This document shows positions 1 to 21,677 of a stretch of 64,000 bases of DNA, piece after piece. Origin of the DNA: Amoebidium appalachense (Eukaryota; Protista; Ichthyosporea). The notes under the pieces are model-generated. The model searched no databases. It was not told where the DNA came from and saw only the letters and a list, made by a program, of their open reading frames with translations. Position 1 is the stretch's first letter. The number at the start of each line of letters is the position of its first letter. Position numbers and translations under genes: made by a program. The stretch spans positions 4,894,472 through 4,958,471 of the forward strand of contig CAVNZM010000003.1 of the NCBI GenBank assembly GCA_963693365.1. The letters are read 5' to 3'.

Positions 1-160
1 TTGTGTGTGTTCGGGGGGGGGGGGGGGGGGGGGGGGAGGGGGGGGGGTTGTGTGTGTGCATGTGTGTGGGTGTATTGAGTGCATGCAGAAAGAAGAGGGA
101 ATTAGTCAAAGATCGGGACGCATACAAGAATAACATAAAACTGTGGGCGCCCGGGGAGGA

Positions 161-318
161 GGGGGGTTTTGAATGCGTCAAAAAGTACGAAGTACACAAG
201 AACAAACGGATAACACGATGCAGAATGCAAGCCATACATAAAGAGTATGCATAATAAGCAGAGCCCATCCTCAGGGGGGGCCCACGTCATCCACAGTACC
301 CGAGTTTCGACCTATTCC
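161..318 (-). repeat. Dispersed intronic element, copy A (others at 40953-41117, 58025-58090, 58575-58716)
   Basis: Near identity to 58575-58716; shared motifs TCGAAACT, CCCTGAGGATGGGCT and GTACTTCGTAC...CGCATTCAAA. Confidence 0.8.
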
Positions 319-424
319 CCTCGTTAACGAAGGGGGGAGCAGACACATACCAACACAAGTATTACACATATGTACACCCACCATTACACCCCTCACAAGA
401 ATACTCCTAAACAGAACAATACGC

Positions 425-456
<32 letters not shown>

Positions 457-502
457 GAAACAGCAAATTGAATTGCTTGAACACATGTCGTGTCCTGCTT
501 AC

Positions 503-1326
503 CTGTGCCTGCTGTGATGTCGATTGAATTGGCACCCCCCACACCCTTTCCAGGTGCCGGAATAAACCCCCTCCCCTCCGAAATCCAAACCGAAGAATCC
601 CCAAAACTTGACGAATTTTCAAACTGCCGGAAAGTGTGCGTGCCGGAGGTTTCCGCGGAAGTCGTTGGTGATAACGCTGAGACGGTATTGGTGGATGCTG
701 GTGTCAAAACTACCTGATAGGTGATTTGATTGGCCGCCGTTGTAATGGAAGCAGCCGATTGGCTCAAACCCGACGTAGGTTGAGTTACTGACGTTTGGGT
801 GGTGGTGGTTGCAGGAGTAGCAGACGGTGATTGATTGGACGATGAAGCGGGTGGGCTGCTCCAATTCGCCAGTGTCGGAGTGGGTGTAGAGGTGGGTAGA
901 TTAGCAGTGGAAGAGCTCACAGACGAAGATGGCGGGGAAAAATTCACAAAATCTGCTGGAGGAGAATTTGTGGGGGCTTTTTGCTCTATGGTGATACTGT
1001 CGACATACGCAAAACCCGGGGAGCCAAATGTCACGCACGTGACCATGAGACGTTTGATTGGTTCCGGGGGGACCAATCGAATCGTTTCATTTGCCCACGT
1101 GTCTACACTCGTGACGTTGATTGGGTACTCGTAGTGGGCTGGGGTGTTGTTTGCGTAAATTACATCCACATGTACAGAGAAAGCCTTTATTGCGCGAATG
1201 GGAAAAGAGTTCCCATCCATTCTTCCCCATATGGATATGTTGATCGGAGATGGGGATTTTTGATCGAGATCGACCGTTTGGCTGGCTGCTGCGTACCGGT
1301 GGCTGCCTGCGCGCGCGCGCGCGCGC

Positions 1327-1391
<65 letters not shown>

Positions 1392-1519
1392 TGTGTGTTG
1401 TGTGTGTATGCGTGTGTGCACGTGTGTCTTTGTGTACGAAGGGAAAGGTGGCGGATTAGAATAACAATGCAGGGAACACAGTGTGAGGGAAGCGCGGGAA
1501 GTCAGAAAGGGCGAAAACT

Positions 1520-1552
<33 letters not shown>

Positions 1553-1860
1553 GAACCAGATGTGTGTGTGTGAATATGTGTAAAGAGTCTTGGGGGGTGG
1601 GTGGGTGTGTGTGTGTGTGTGTTGGTGGTGGTGGTGGTGGGACGGGGGGGGGGGGGGGGGGGGGGGTTAAGAAATGTGAGATTGTTAAATCTACAGAATC
1701 AGGAGAGGGAACTCCAAAGTATTTTTCTTTGCGGTGTCATGGAACTTGCATAGCATTTAAGTAGAAATATGAACCTAAGGCCCCAAGCGGTACATGTGTG
1801 TGTGTGTGTGTGTGTGTGTTGCATGTGCATGTATGTGCGTGTGCGTGTGTGCATGTGCAC

Positions 1861-1948
<88 letters not shown>

Positions 1949-2502
1949 ATGCATGTGCATGTATATATATGTGAATGTCGGTGTGCCTGCATGTGTGTCC
2001 ATGTACGTGTGTGTGTGCATGCACACGTAATAAGCACACCCTTATACCCCATACCTGCAGCATTCAGCAGCAACGACTTCCCACCGGTGTGGTAAATATT
2101 TCCAACAACCATAAAACCATCTCCCAGGGGGTGCCATGCACCTCCATTATCCTCGAAACTCCCGTCTCGCAGAATTGAGCCCGATGGCGAATTTACGTTT
2201 CCCACCGGTTTTGTGTCATTGCACAAGTTTGTGTTGCAAACTTGAATATCGGTGGTTGTGGTTGTATTTTCAGGCATTTTGCACCCCTTCCCAGTTGTTT
2301 CGTCGATGCAAATGAAGAAACGACGTGAAAAACCCCCACCACACGGTGAGGTGCAACCGGAAAATCCGGTCCAGTAACACCTGCAAGTGTCTGACTTGTT
2401 GTCTTTTAAAATTTTATCCATCGGTTGTGATTGGCTGTCAGGAACATGACTGGGTGTCGGGATAGGTGATTTCTTTGACAGGAGGGCCACTTTGTCGAAC
2501 CA

Positions 2503-2556
<54 letters not shown>

Positions 2557-2673
2557 CGCGCGCGTGCGGGATGGTAGGTTCGTGCATGGTGAGAGTTGGT
2601 GTCAGTGACGTGCATTTCCTTGTGTTGGTGTTTGCGTCAGTGTTTGCACCGGTGTTCCTGTGAGTACGTGTGT

Positions 2674-2704
<31 letters not shown>

Positions 2705-2815
2705 GGGGGGGGGGGGAGGGAGGGGGTGCATGGGTGGACGACCCTGTGTGTATGTGTGTATGTGTGTGTATGTGTGTGTGTGTGTGTGTGTATGTGTGTG
2801 TCACAGAGAGAGGGG

Positions 2816-2846
<31 letters not shown>

Positions 2847-2855
2847 GGAGAGAGG

Positions 2856-2915
<60 letters not shown>

Positions 2916-3084
2916 ACAAGTATGCGTGTGGTGTGCCGGTGTGTGTGTGTGTGCATGTGTGCAAGTAGAATGCTGGTGTATGTGTGTGCGCATGTTCGCG
3001 AAGATGTGTGTGTTTGTGCCCGCGCGGCGCATGCACACTGTGTTTTCCTTGGTCTTTCTTCCTTTCCTTTCCATTCTTCTCTTC

Positions 3085-3126
<42 letters not shown>

Positions 3127-4076
3127 TTTCCCTGCTAGCGGTGGTGGGGGTGGGGGGGTGGGGGGAGGGGGGTGGGCCCATACCCGGCCAGGGCCGCCAG
3201 TCAGCCGAAAAGTCACGCGCACGGTTTTGATTGGTTTGTTGGGGCTAAATACCCCATCCACTCCCACCCATTGCCAGGCCACCAATAAATCCACGGTAAA
3301 TCGCGCACGTGACATCCTTCCATCATTTTCCGTCACCAACAGCTCCATTACCACGAGGGGTCTCGGTGTATTCGGCGAAGGAGAACTTGGTACGAGTTCG
3401 TCCGAAAATTGAAGGTATGTGTTGAGCACTATCTGGCTGGCATTTGGTTGGTCCAAAGTCACGTCCTGCCATAGCTCAACGGGTGTTTCACCTGATATGA
3501 AAAGCGCGGTCAAGAGGTGTAAAACATCACAACAAAGAACGTGTGGAGTGTAGAGTGGACACGCATACACGAACATGATGCATGAGCAGGCCTCAACTCT
3601 ATGTGATCCGAAGAATGCGAGCAAGAAGAAAACTGTGCGTGTGTGTGGGTGTGGGTGTGGGTGTGGGTAAGGGGCGGGTGGGGGTTGGAAAGGGGAGAGT
3701 GTGTGCGTGTGCCTAGGTTTACTTGTTTTATATTTAGTTTAGTTTTGTTTTTATTTCTTTTATTATTATTGTTATTATGTAGTATTTTTTTTTTTTTGGG
3801 GGGGGGGGGGGGGGGGGATGGGGGGGGGGGGTTCTTACCACCGATGAAAACAGCTGATGTTCTCCCTACGTACACCTCTGATGTCGACAACTCCACCTTT
3901 CCCTCCTCCCACCCGTTCCATTTCCTTCGCCCGAGCTCAAACCCCCCGTTTGGCACGGTTACTTTATTGTAATCGGAGAGGGGTAACATCTCGGCATTTG
4001 CAGATGTGATGAAAACATGGGGTGATAATGTGAGGAGTAGGAAGGATGAGTGTAGGACGATGCTCAGAAGGTGCAT
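503..4076 (-). CDS. Secreted multidomain protein, partial (continues off the left edge): signal peptide, galactose-binding/CBM4_9-like domains, thrombospondin type-1 repeat, Ser/Thr/Pro-rich linker. Exons 4076-3839, 3491-3184, 2505-2055, 1306-503
   Basis: ATG at 4076 followed by hydrophobic [28 protein letters not shown]; CBM-type starts [21 protein letters not shown]; TSP1 motif [18 protein letters not shown]...CNTNLC; GT-AG junctions join in frame. Confidence 0.75.
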
Positions 4077-6960
4077 TTTCAAGTAGAGCTAAACGAATGT
4101 AGGTACGCTGCGATGATGGAAGTGCGCATGTGTGTGCAATTTAGCACACACGGTCACCACGTTTGTGTATGCCGCTATGCTATGGATGAAGTAGCTTTAC
4201 GTGAGTGCATCTATTGCACGGTGGCGCGCTGTGGAATACTTTCGTTGTTTGTTTAGTTATGCTACTAATAATTATACATTGATAGCACTTATATCCTTTA
4301 CCTGCCTGGAGATGCACAAATCTAACAGCACAGTCTATGGGTTGACAAAACAGACGAGTTTCCTTCATGGGCTGGGAGAAAGGATCTTGTTGAAGCAATA
4401 GATCTTGTCATACCATGTGATTTGCTATAAAGAGGTATTATTGCCTCTTATGCATCCTTGTATGTTACTCAAATGTAATAATAAGTTAGTGACGCAATAT
4501 AGAGAGTGCAGGATGTCTAACTGGGAGAGAAAGGCGCCTTTCTGCACGCGCGTCCTGTGTGCCTCAATTTCAAAGGCAGATCTTATTGCTACGTGTGCTT
4601 ATATAAATGGCAAGGCAAGTAGTTGTGTGCTCAGTGTATAGGGAGGTGTATTGTAAACTTTTACTCCTCTACTATTGGCAATGAAGTATCCCCTTTTCCC
4701 TTTCCTAAAAACGAAAAAAGATTTGCAATTGACAGCCGCCCACACACACCTCTGATTCAATCCTCTGAAACCTGTGGCGTCATGTGATGATGGCCTTGGC
4801 TGAACCGTTCCCCCTTGATCGTCACCAAATGCGGGGTCCAAATGTCATGAATATCCTAGGCATGTTGTACATCTATGATCTATCCTTCCCATTAATAAAC
4901 GAATTATTCCATACGTCTTTGAATCACTAACAGAACAAATTCTTTAAGTATCAATAGAGAAATGTACGCGCCAGATGTATCAAAAAAAAGTAACCGTTTA
5001 TGCTTGAACAGGGCTGGAAATTACATTTTAGAATTACTGTATTTTGACACCTGGCGGATCGCCCCCGCTAATTGGCCTCGAGAGTTTTACTTGCTTTCTT
5101 ATAGTGTAGCCCCAAATCTTTACTGTATTTTTTGAGAATTAACGGTATATTAAGTGTTAGAAACACTGTAATTTCCAGGCCTGTGCTTGAAGAACATTGG
5201 AGAATTAATAAAGAAATTGAAAAGGCTTTTTCCCCCCGGCGCTCCGCCCGCGGGATGCTCACTGGTGAAGAGTCGAAATGTGCGTATCTTAAATTTGATT
5301 AGTTAACTAATGAGAACGTTTTTGATTGGCTATAACGATTATTTAGGATAATGATTCTTGGATTTACGGCCAAATTACGGGCTAGGAATGCACTTCTGCT
5401 CTCTCTGCACCGGATCCCCGAACACAGTGCCCAAAGAATCATTCAGTTTGAGCATGTACGATAAATACGCTGCCTTCGGCGTTTTACCCACTCTTTTTCC
5501 TTATCATTTCGATCTCTTTTTGTGTCTGTCGGAGTGAGGCATGCCTCCTTGCGAGTCGCGACGCTGAAGCAGGGTGTGAAAATTTGTGCTCTGTGCTGAT
5601 TAGCCCGCTTTTTTCTGATCTTGAATGCGGGCCCTCATCGGGTCAGCAAACATTTTGATAAATTTTCCTCTTCTCTGGAGTCTGAGCACTTCCTAAAAAA
5701 TGACACAACTCCAAAAGCTATAGAAATCTTCATAAGAGGCCCTAGGGGTCTTTTGGTGACAAAATGTCCGAAAAGCCGCAAGTTCTAAATGCGGCACTGT
5801 GCCATAGCCTGATCGGTGCCTGCCGAAGTTCCAACCAGCATGAGGTTTCGCACACTTTCATGAATAGTGTAAATCAGAAATCATTCAGTGACTTGTTAAC
5901 ATATGTATCACTGCCATCGGCTCACTCATCATGCATTCATACGCTAGTATATTTGAGTACAGCACTAATTTATATTAGGACATGCATGTTATATATGTGA
6001 TGTGTATGGTTACATGGATATCTTTGATTTACTATCTATTTAATCTAATACTTTCAAAAGATCATTTGCTTCGCTCGTTCAGATCTGTTTGGTCGTCGGG
6101 ATGAGCATTTCCAGGGTGTGAAATACGTTACCAGTGCCCAAACAATATTACAATTATCGATGCGTTGCTAAAAATAGCATCCTCTGGTGCAGGGTTGGAA
6201 TGCAGGCAGCGGGCTACTTTTGCTGTTACGTGATCATGATCGACGTCCTGAAACACAACGGCAGTCACATGTGACTGTACACGAATAAACTGCAATTATA
6301 ATAAGTATCATATCTGTATGGCATAATACTCCTGGTAACTAAGTCACATATTGTTATACAGCACAAAACATCCGATCAGGCCAGGGGGCCAATGGTGTAC
6401 ATAAAAAGCCGGGCCGCCGGATCCGGAGAACGGGGGGAGGGAGGGGGGGGGGAGGGGGGGGGGTGGGGGCACGAGGGAGAGAGACGCACACATGTACAGA
6501 GAGAAGGCACGAAGGGGAGAGAGAGAGAGAGAGATGCAGTCACAATTGAGAAGTGAACATATGTAAGCAAACAAACAGAATCAAGTAAAATTGCAATTGA
6601 CGAACGTTAACTTCAAAGCTCTTGCAATTCTAGCACACGGACTTACGTACTCCAACATGAATGCAGTACACACACGTGCACACACACATAGGTTAGGTTC
6701 ACATGTACAGGCCTTTTGCACAGAGCCAGTGACTGTGCATGCGCCCGTCACCGGTACCGCCGCATGATATCAAACAACAGCTACCGAGTCTACAATTATG
6801 TACCCACTGGACTGGCTTACGTAAGTAGCCGGCCAGCGGCAACTTACAAGGTATGTTGAGCCGGGCCGCAGGGAGACAGTCACTCAAAGTGACGATACCG
6901 AGTCCTCATCTTCGGAATCTGAGAACGGTGACAATATTATTAGCGGTACGCGATCATTCA

Positions 6961-7682
6961 TGATAAGTCGACCGCGAGCCACATAAGTGGCTCATTTCTG
7001 TCGAAATAGCCACAAAAGTGGCTCGTTTCGGACGAGTGCCCACCCCTACAGCTTAGTGGTCAAGAGTCGCGCGCGCTTTCTTGGTATGCCCAATTAGCTG
7101 CTGAAGTGTTCTGTCGCAACACAGTCTTTTTCGTCTCTGGGCCAAGGTGATTGGTACAATAAAAGAGGGTGCCAGCACTTGCCAACCAACAAGGGGTATC
7201 GCGGTTTTTTCGCATTCTTCGCGATCGGCCATTTTCCAGATCGAATTCGGCCCGAATTCCGCCGGAAGAGGATGAACCGCTTGAAAACGCTACATAGTGA
7301 ACTCGATGAAAACGCAACAAAAAGCCTTGAACTTTTGTCACTCGCATGCCAACACTATTTCCTTTGTTTTCCAATATGCCTTTGGGGGTGCTGTGCACCC
7401 TCTAGTCCATGTACCGTGTATATTAATGGAGAAAATGCTAGAAAAATCCGTTTTGCAGTCACGTGCGCTACTTCCGATCCCAAGACGCCAATGCGTTATT
7501 ATGGTAATTTCCACAAACCTACACAATCTTGGTGTCTAAGTGACCACCGTGAAGTGAGGAACACGCCTGCTGTGTTTTTTTTTTTTTTTTTGTGTTCGTG
7601 CGTGTTGCGCTATAAGTAGCGCACTTACGCAAACCCCACATTCGAGCCACAAAAGTGGCTCAAATCGGCGGTCGACTTATCA
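6961..7682. mobile_element. Non-autonomous DNA transposon (MITE-like), 722 bp
   Basis: 15-bp perfect TIR TGATAAGTCGACCGC / GCGGTCGACTTATCA; 4-bp TSD TTCA on both sides; three subterminal palindromes AGCCAC-N4-GTGGCT; no transposase ORF. Confidence 0.8.
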
Positions 7683-9966
7683 TTCATTTCCAAAAAGTAA
7701 TCGGGGCAGGTTGCCACTTAACCCTAGCAACCCGAGTGCGCCATATATGTGTTTTCGAGAGGTGCTGGTTGGGCGGAAAAGGCTCAAAAGTATGGAAAAA
7801 GATGTGTCCAAGTATTATGTGATGAAAATAGAAACGTTCTCTAACAGCTTTAACCATGTTTATACGCCTCTTTTTATTTTTTTTATAGGACCCTTTTTCT
7901 ATAGAAGTGAGTTCCGGAAACGTGCTTTCGGATTTTCGAAAGCCATCATGAACTACCATGTGCGAGTGAGGGAAGTGTGTGATTGGCTCAGCGAGCTCAG
8001 AAATCGTTTGGCCAAATGGTTGATTAGCTTTGGCGTCACTGCGGCAACGTGTTGCCGTGATAAGCGCTAGCGCACATGTACACGCCCTTTCCACTCGCAT
8101 TATGCATGCCATTTTGCGAGATCACAAAAGGTGTATGTACTGTACATGTAGGCAATACGTAAAATTTAATCAGGGGCGTGCTGTATTCTGACTCATTGTT
8201 TCGTGTTTCGTGTGTAGGGGCATGCCCCTATATCTCTATCTTTGTCTTTCCTAAATCCTTTTTCACAAGTACAATTGTGGCCTGCAAGCTGTTGATTGGG
8301 TCGCGGGAGCAGGTCTTCCACATGTAAGATGCTGATGTAGACGTCATGATGTACGTACGCGTAGCTGGCGCTACGCTACAATAGCGCTACGCACAACGGT
8401 AGTGTCGTGGAGCTCAATATCATACCCTACGTTGCTTCTATAAAGAAAATGCAGTAAAGGTGTTTGCATTTTATGTGTGGATTTTGTCCGCAACCTTCAA
8501 GGTTTGCCCAACTTGCCCATGGCTTGCAATGAAATCTTATAGAGGGAAAACTATCATGACCGATCGCGAGGCATTTTCCAACGATACATAGCCTACTGGC
8601 CCAGCGCTGCAAATGAGGGAACATAGTATACGTATACCTCTGTATACCTCGTACGTAAAGTACAAAACTCTCCCGTGTCATACGTACATACATCCCTACG
8701 TACATGCATATGTTGCGAACGTCTACGTATACGTATCATAGACAGTATGGATGCGCTAGGTCCGGGGCGAATCTGCCCCTACCAACCGAGGCCTGGCCAT
8801 GCGAACATGTACGTTCAATCGAATGCCTCAAACTACACACGGTTCCCATGCGCAGTGCTCGCAGCGGACGCGGCTACAAGCTTGCGAGAGTTGAGAGAGG
8901 TTTACAGGCGCCAACATTGTGCAATGCGAGGCCTACGCGTAACGTTCCCGCGGGTATGCACCCGGACTTTATACAGGTCAGAGCGAGATCAGCCTGGAGA
9001 AAGCTAGCCGTGATAGTGGACAAATCCGATGGACAGCAAGACCCAACAAGAGACTGCCAGTTTCACGGCAGTCTAAGGCGTCTTTAGTTGCAAAAAACCT
9101 CACTCATAATAGTTACATGTGGTAATGTTATGAATATTTTATACATTTATTTTTTGTGTATAAAAATATTGAGCAGTTTACGCTGTATAATGGGACAAAC
9201 ACGAAAATCAGGCAACAAACAAATCGGCCGCATTCGCGTTGCATACTATGATGACCAATGATATTGACGCCTTACACGAGCACACGAACTCGCCGCCGAA
9301 ACGGCTCCCTTCTCCGGTTGTGTGAAATCTCTGTGCTATATGATAACCATGTTTTCCTTTTTTTTGGTTTTTTTTCACGGATTTACAGAAGTCCTTTTGG
9401 GTTTATAACAGTTGTTTCCGCATGACAGTAAAGTTACGTGTGCGATTGCTTCTGGATGCTCAATAGGATAGCTTCAACACTCAAATAGATGGGACCCTCA
9501 AATGGACGTGAGTGCATGCATGCATTTGGCATCTTTTGTATCAGTCTTATCAGTGATGTAAAGGTGTTCTTTTTTGCCTCCCGTGCTCTTCAGTCACGTT
9601 ATCCCAAGGCTGCCCAGCTGAAAAGACGGTTTACTTTATTTTCACCGGTGTTCCGCTAGTTTTTCGTATCATTTCGCGGACTTGACCTCGCCTGAGGTAT
9701 ACGCCTACAGGCGCATGTAGGCCGTCGCTCTGGTTGGGATCCCATCGACAAACTCACATGGCAAGCTCATCGCGATCTATCCCTGGAAAGAGCCGATAAA
9801 ATCGACCAATCTGGATCGCTCGAAGTCTGGCCCAAACATTTTTTGTTCCCATCATCGCTTGCGCTCGGGTTCCTAACGCATGCACACACACGCACACACA
9901 CACGCACGCTGTGGCACGCACGTACACGCGCACACGCACGCACGCACAAACACACAAGTGACGCGT

Positions 9967-10004
<38 letters not shown>

Positions 10005-10174
10005 ACACACACACACAGCCACACACAGTGGCTTACATGCCACGTGTGCACACCCACTCATGTACATGCATGCGTGCCAAGTGGCACGCATACACTGACT
10101 CACTCTCACAAACACATGCATGTATCGGGATCCCCGTCGCCACATTAACACACACGCAAACACACACACGCGCA

Positions 10175-10237
<63 letters not shown>

Positions 10238-10263
10238 CATACACACACGCACACACACGCACA

Positions 10264-10300
<37 letters not shown>

Positions 10301-10346
10301 CAGACACACATGCACACACACACAGGCACACACACACACACACATG

Positions 10347-10380
<34 letters not shown>

Positions 10381-10676
10381 CGCACACGGGTGCACAGAGT
10401 GCACACGCATATGTATGTTATCACAAAAACACATGCCCACGACGTCGTGCATGCATCACATGATATAACGATACATGTACACGTGCTCCTGCACTTTTGG
10501 ATTCCGCTTCTGCCCCATGTCATGTCAACATTTGTCTCGTGCAACATCTGATTTGAAAAACCTGTTGTGGCGGATGCTATTTCGAATCCCCTCTCGCTGA
10601 GGGAGAAAAAGGTTTATGTAAATTTAACAATAAAAAAATAAATAAATAAATCAGCCCACACCATGTAGGTAGGGGT

Positions 10677-10718
<42 letters not shown>

Positions 10719-11834
10719 GGAATCAAGAAAGGGCTTCCGGCTCGAGATCTAGAAACAGAGCTCGAGAACATATGACTGCCCTGAGCTCGAAGAGGCAGTG
10801 CCATTTGCTGGGGCAGAGAGGGTTGGGGAAGGGGGGGGGGGGGGGGGAGGAGGTGAGGGGAGGGGGAGGGAGAAGGGGTGGGTGGGTGGGGGGGGGGGGG
10901 GGGGGGGGAGGGGGGGGGGAGGGGGGAGGGATGGGAGGGGCTGGAATTGGACAATGGGAGTTATATCACCTGCTAACGTTGTGTAAACGTTATGTTTGTC
11001 GTAGTGGAAATATTATCTTTTTCACCATCGTGCAACTTTCTTCGAAACCAACATTACTGTTAAGACATGCAGGGGGCAAAAGGGGGGGGGGGGGGGGGGG
11101 GGAAGGGGGGGTCCGAAATACACAGAGAAAACGACAGAGGGTTGTAATTGTGATAGTAGGAGTGATATTATAGGTCTAGGGGCCACCGGTACTCACCTGA
11201 AGTCGGATAACGACCGACCAAATTAAATTTTAAATTTTAATTGCTGTTAATTAATAAATAACTTCATCGTGGCGGGGAGAAATCAAAAACAGATATAGAA
11301 AAAGAAATCTTCGTTAAAGTCGAAACTTTTTTGCAACTACCAGATCTAATAATGACGAGGCAAAGGGCACAACCCCACACCCGGCTCTTTTAAAGTGGGT
11401 TTCTTTTAGGCCGATTCAAGCATATAAATCATGATATAAAACTGCAATCTTCTTCCCAACGCTTTATTAATAATATTCCCTTCTGTAATACTTTTTTTTT
11501 CGCCGCCTTTTCTTTTCCTTTTTTGTTGTATTATGACACATCTGTGCCTAGCTGCCGGCAAAACGATGGTGCACAGCTGATCCGCAACATGCCAATCATA
11601 TAGCTAGAATCCCCTCTGACCCGGCCCGACCCGGAAGTCTAAAAGAAACCCCCTTAAACCAGGTCTGACTTCTTTCCAACTGAATGAAAGTTTTACAAAC
11701 ATGTCAAAAATTCTAAAATTGTTAACCCCATCTAGTCCCCCTGTCCGCAAAATTTACTGTGAGATCATCATGAGCTCATCACAAGAGTATATGCGGGGGG
11801 AAAGAAAATAAAAAACGAAACTGACGAAGAAACT

Positions 11835-11911
<77 letters not shown>

Positions 11912-12225
11912 AAACTCTCTGATGCTACATACTGAATGCGATGTACCCAAAAAAAGATTGCACAAATCAACGAAATCAGAACTAGAAGTGATAAGAAATC
12001 TAGATCAATTACTACCTCACGTAGGACTCCAGCATACGGTGCTAAACCTCTTACTAAGCAGCTTACAAATAAAGAATCTACTTTAAGATCAAGAAGTTAA
12101 CCGAGATCTCGTACCGTACCTCATGCAATGTACTACTGGTATTACAGAAAACAACAAACACACTAAAACAATTTGAAGATATTTATTATTTATTGAATTA
12201 CCCAAGTAAAAAAGTAAAAAGAGTT

Positions 12226-19822
<7,597 letters not shown>

Positions 19823-20059
19823 TTTAACTTAATGGAGGCTTAGACCCATATTTCAAACAGCTTCTTTCAATCAGTATAGTGATAGAACCACTATCTATCT
19901 AGATCTATGGAAGTGTAAAGTTTACAAAGAGATAAAGTGGTGTGGAATCAAGTTAAACTTTTATAGAAATTTGTCTGCGCAAGAGTGGGCGGGGCGATGG
20001 TGGGTATATATATATACGTAAGCAGCAAACAACATGTAATTCCAATAAGAAAGACGAGT

Positions 20060-20520
20060 GAATTTTTTTTTCTTTTAACTGGATTTATTCGACGGAAAGA
20101 TATGCAAGTATGCACGGCATACTGAAGACAATAAAAACTTCACGAGTTATCCAGTAAGAAGTGCATACTGAGATACCTGAACACTGTGTGAAAATCATAT
20201 AAATACTCAATGTGACGACCAACAGAATTCAACAAAAAGTCTAAAGTGATCACATTGCCAGCCAGTGTAGCAGACACCCGTAGGAAAAGAGGTAAAACGC
20301 GACATAAAAACTCACACCTATCAACATGCTTGCGATTAAAAAGTTTAGCACAAAAGTGGCACCAGCGGCGATGAAAACAAAAATTACAACGCCACTGCAC
20401 AACTTCCCAGGCAATATCAACATCAGAGCACCATGCAGACTTATCTACTAGGGTTGCCACTTTTGCAGAAATATGCAAAGGACGAGCAGGTATGAAATTT
20501 GAAATTTTGAGATGGTGTTC
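20060..20520 (-). mobile_element. 3' end of a non-LTR retrotransposon (LINE): C-terminal Cys/His motif region and A-rich tail
   Basis: ORF with WR..C-x2-C-x6-H-x3-C (CHFCAKLFNRKHVDRC) then TLDFLLN; T-run at ~20063-20070 lies where homology to the TAT upstream region breaks. Confidence 0.6.
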
Positions 20521-20560
20521 TTAACCCCCCCCCCTCCCCCCCCCCCCTCCCGTTTTTTTT

Positions 20561-20591
<31 letters not shown>

Positions 20592-20741
20592 GCACCTTTT
20601 TGGTCCGTTCACCGTGTTAATGTGAGGTGTTTGTGAGACAAGAAGATTGTGTTGATGTGGTGATCGGAGTTGTTTTTTTTTTTTTTTTTTTTTTTTTTTG
20701 GGGGGGGGGGGGGGGATTCCCTTCTGTGGTGGTGGTGTGTT

Positions 20742-20824
<83 letters not shown>

Positions 20825-21575
20825 ATTTTTTTATTTTTTTATTTTTTTTGGGTGTGTGGGGGGGGGAGGGGGGGGGGGGGGGGGGGGGGGAGGATCAGTA
20901 ATTTCAGACATGTGTTGTATTAGCACGTGAGCATCGGCGAAGAGGGGTGTTTGACCAATTTGAGGGTCGTGTAATTATGGTGCGGTGTGTGTGGTTATGG
21001 TTTGGGAATGGGTGCGTGTGCAGGCTTTCACATGTATGTCTGTGAAGAAGGTGTGTGTGTGTGTGTGTGTAGTGGTGGTGGTGGTGGTGGTGGGGGGGGG
21101 GGGGGGGGGGGGGGGGGGTTGCCCACGTTTGTCGTGTGTGTTAAAGGGGAGTTCTTTTGTGTCCGTGTTTGGTGTAGATGTATGTGTGTAAGGTGGGTGC
21201 ATGGCATGAGTGGTGCTGCATAAATCTTGCAGCAAAAAGAGAGGCACCGAATGGTTGTGGATGCAGACACCCTTTCCGTTTGCATACATAAACCCGGGTT
21301 TCCATACTCTCAATATCCCCCCCCCCCCCCCCTCCCCCACCAAAAACCACCCACCCACCCACCCACCCCGCTCAACACGCACACACACACACACACACCA
21401 CACCATCCCCTTCTCCCTGTGTCGTCACCATCACCATCACGGATGCAATATGGATGTCATGGCATTTGAACCTCAGGACCCAACTAAACTAACTTTCTCA
21501 ATCCCTCCTCTCCCTCCCCTCCCCAAACACACGCACACACCACCACCACACACACACACACACACAAATGCACAG

Positions 21576-21677
21576 CGCATTGTGCGTGAGAGCTGCATCG
21601 TTGCTCTTGACAAATACGAAAACGGGGTGTCTTTTCAGTATGCTGACGGAGTGGAGAAGCTGAAATCGGCAGAGTAA
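21576..21677 (+). pseudogene. DOHH: Deoxyhypusine hydroxylase terminal exon (orphan fragment); possible degenerate exon at ~20924-20965
   Basis: RIVRESCIVALDKYENGVSFQYADGVEKLKSAE* matches the DOHH C-terminus (RESC.VALD...FQYADG); CAG acceptor with upstream CTAAC. Confidence 0.8.

Noticed and set aside
8400-9850. Short ORFs and exon-like pieces in non-repetitive intergenic DNA
   Set aside because: No motif or consistent splicing pattern I can support
20521-20530. TTAACCC as a piggyBac end of the 22-kb insert
   Set aside because: No matching GGGTTAA or TIR at the other junction (~42540)
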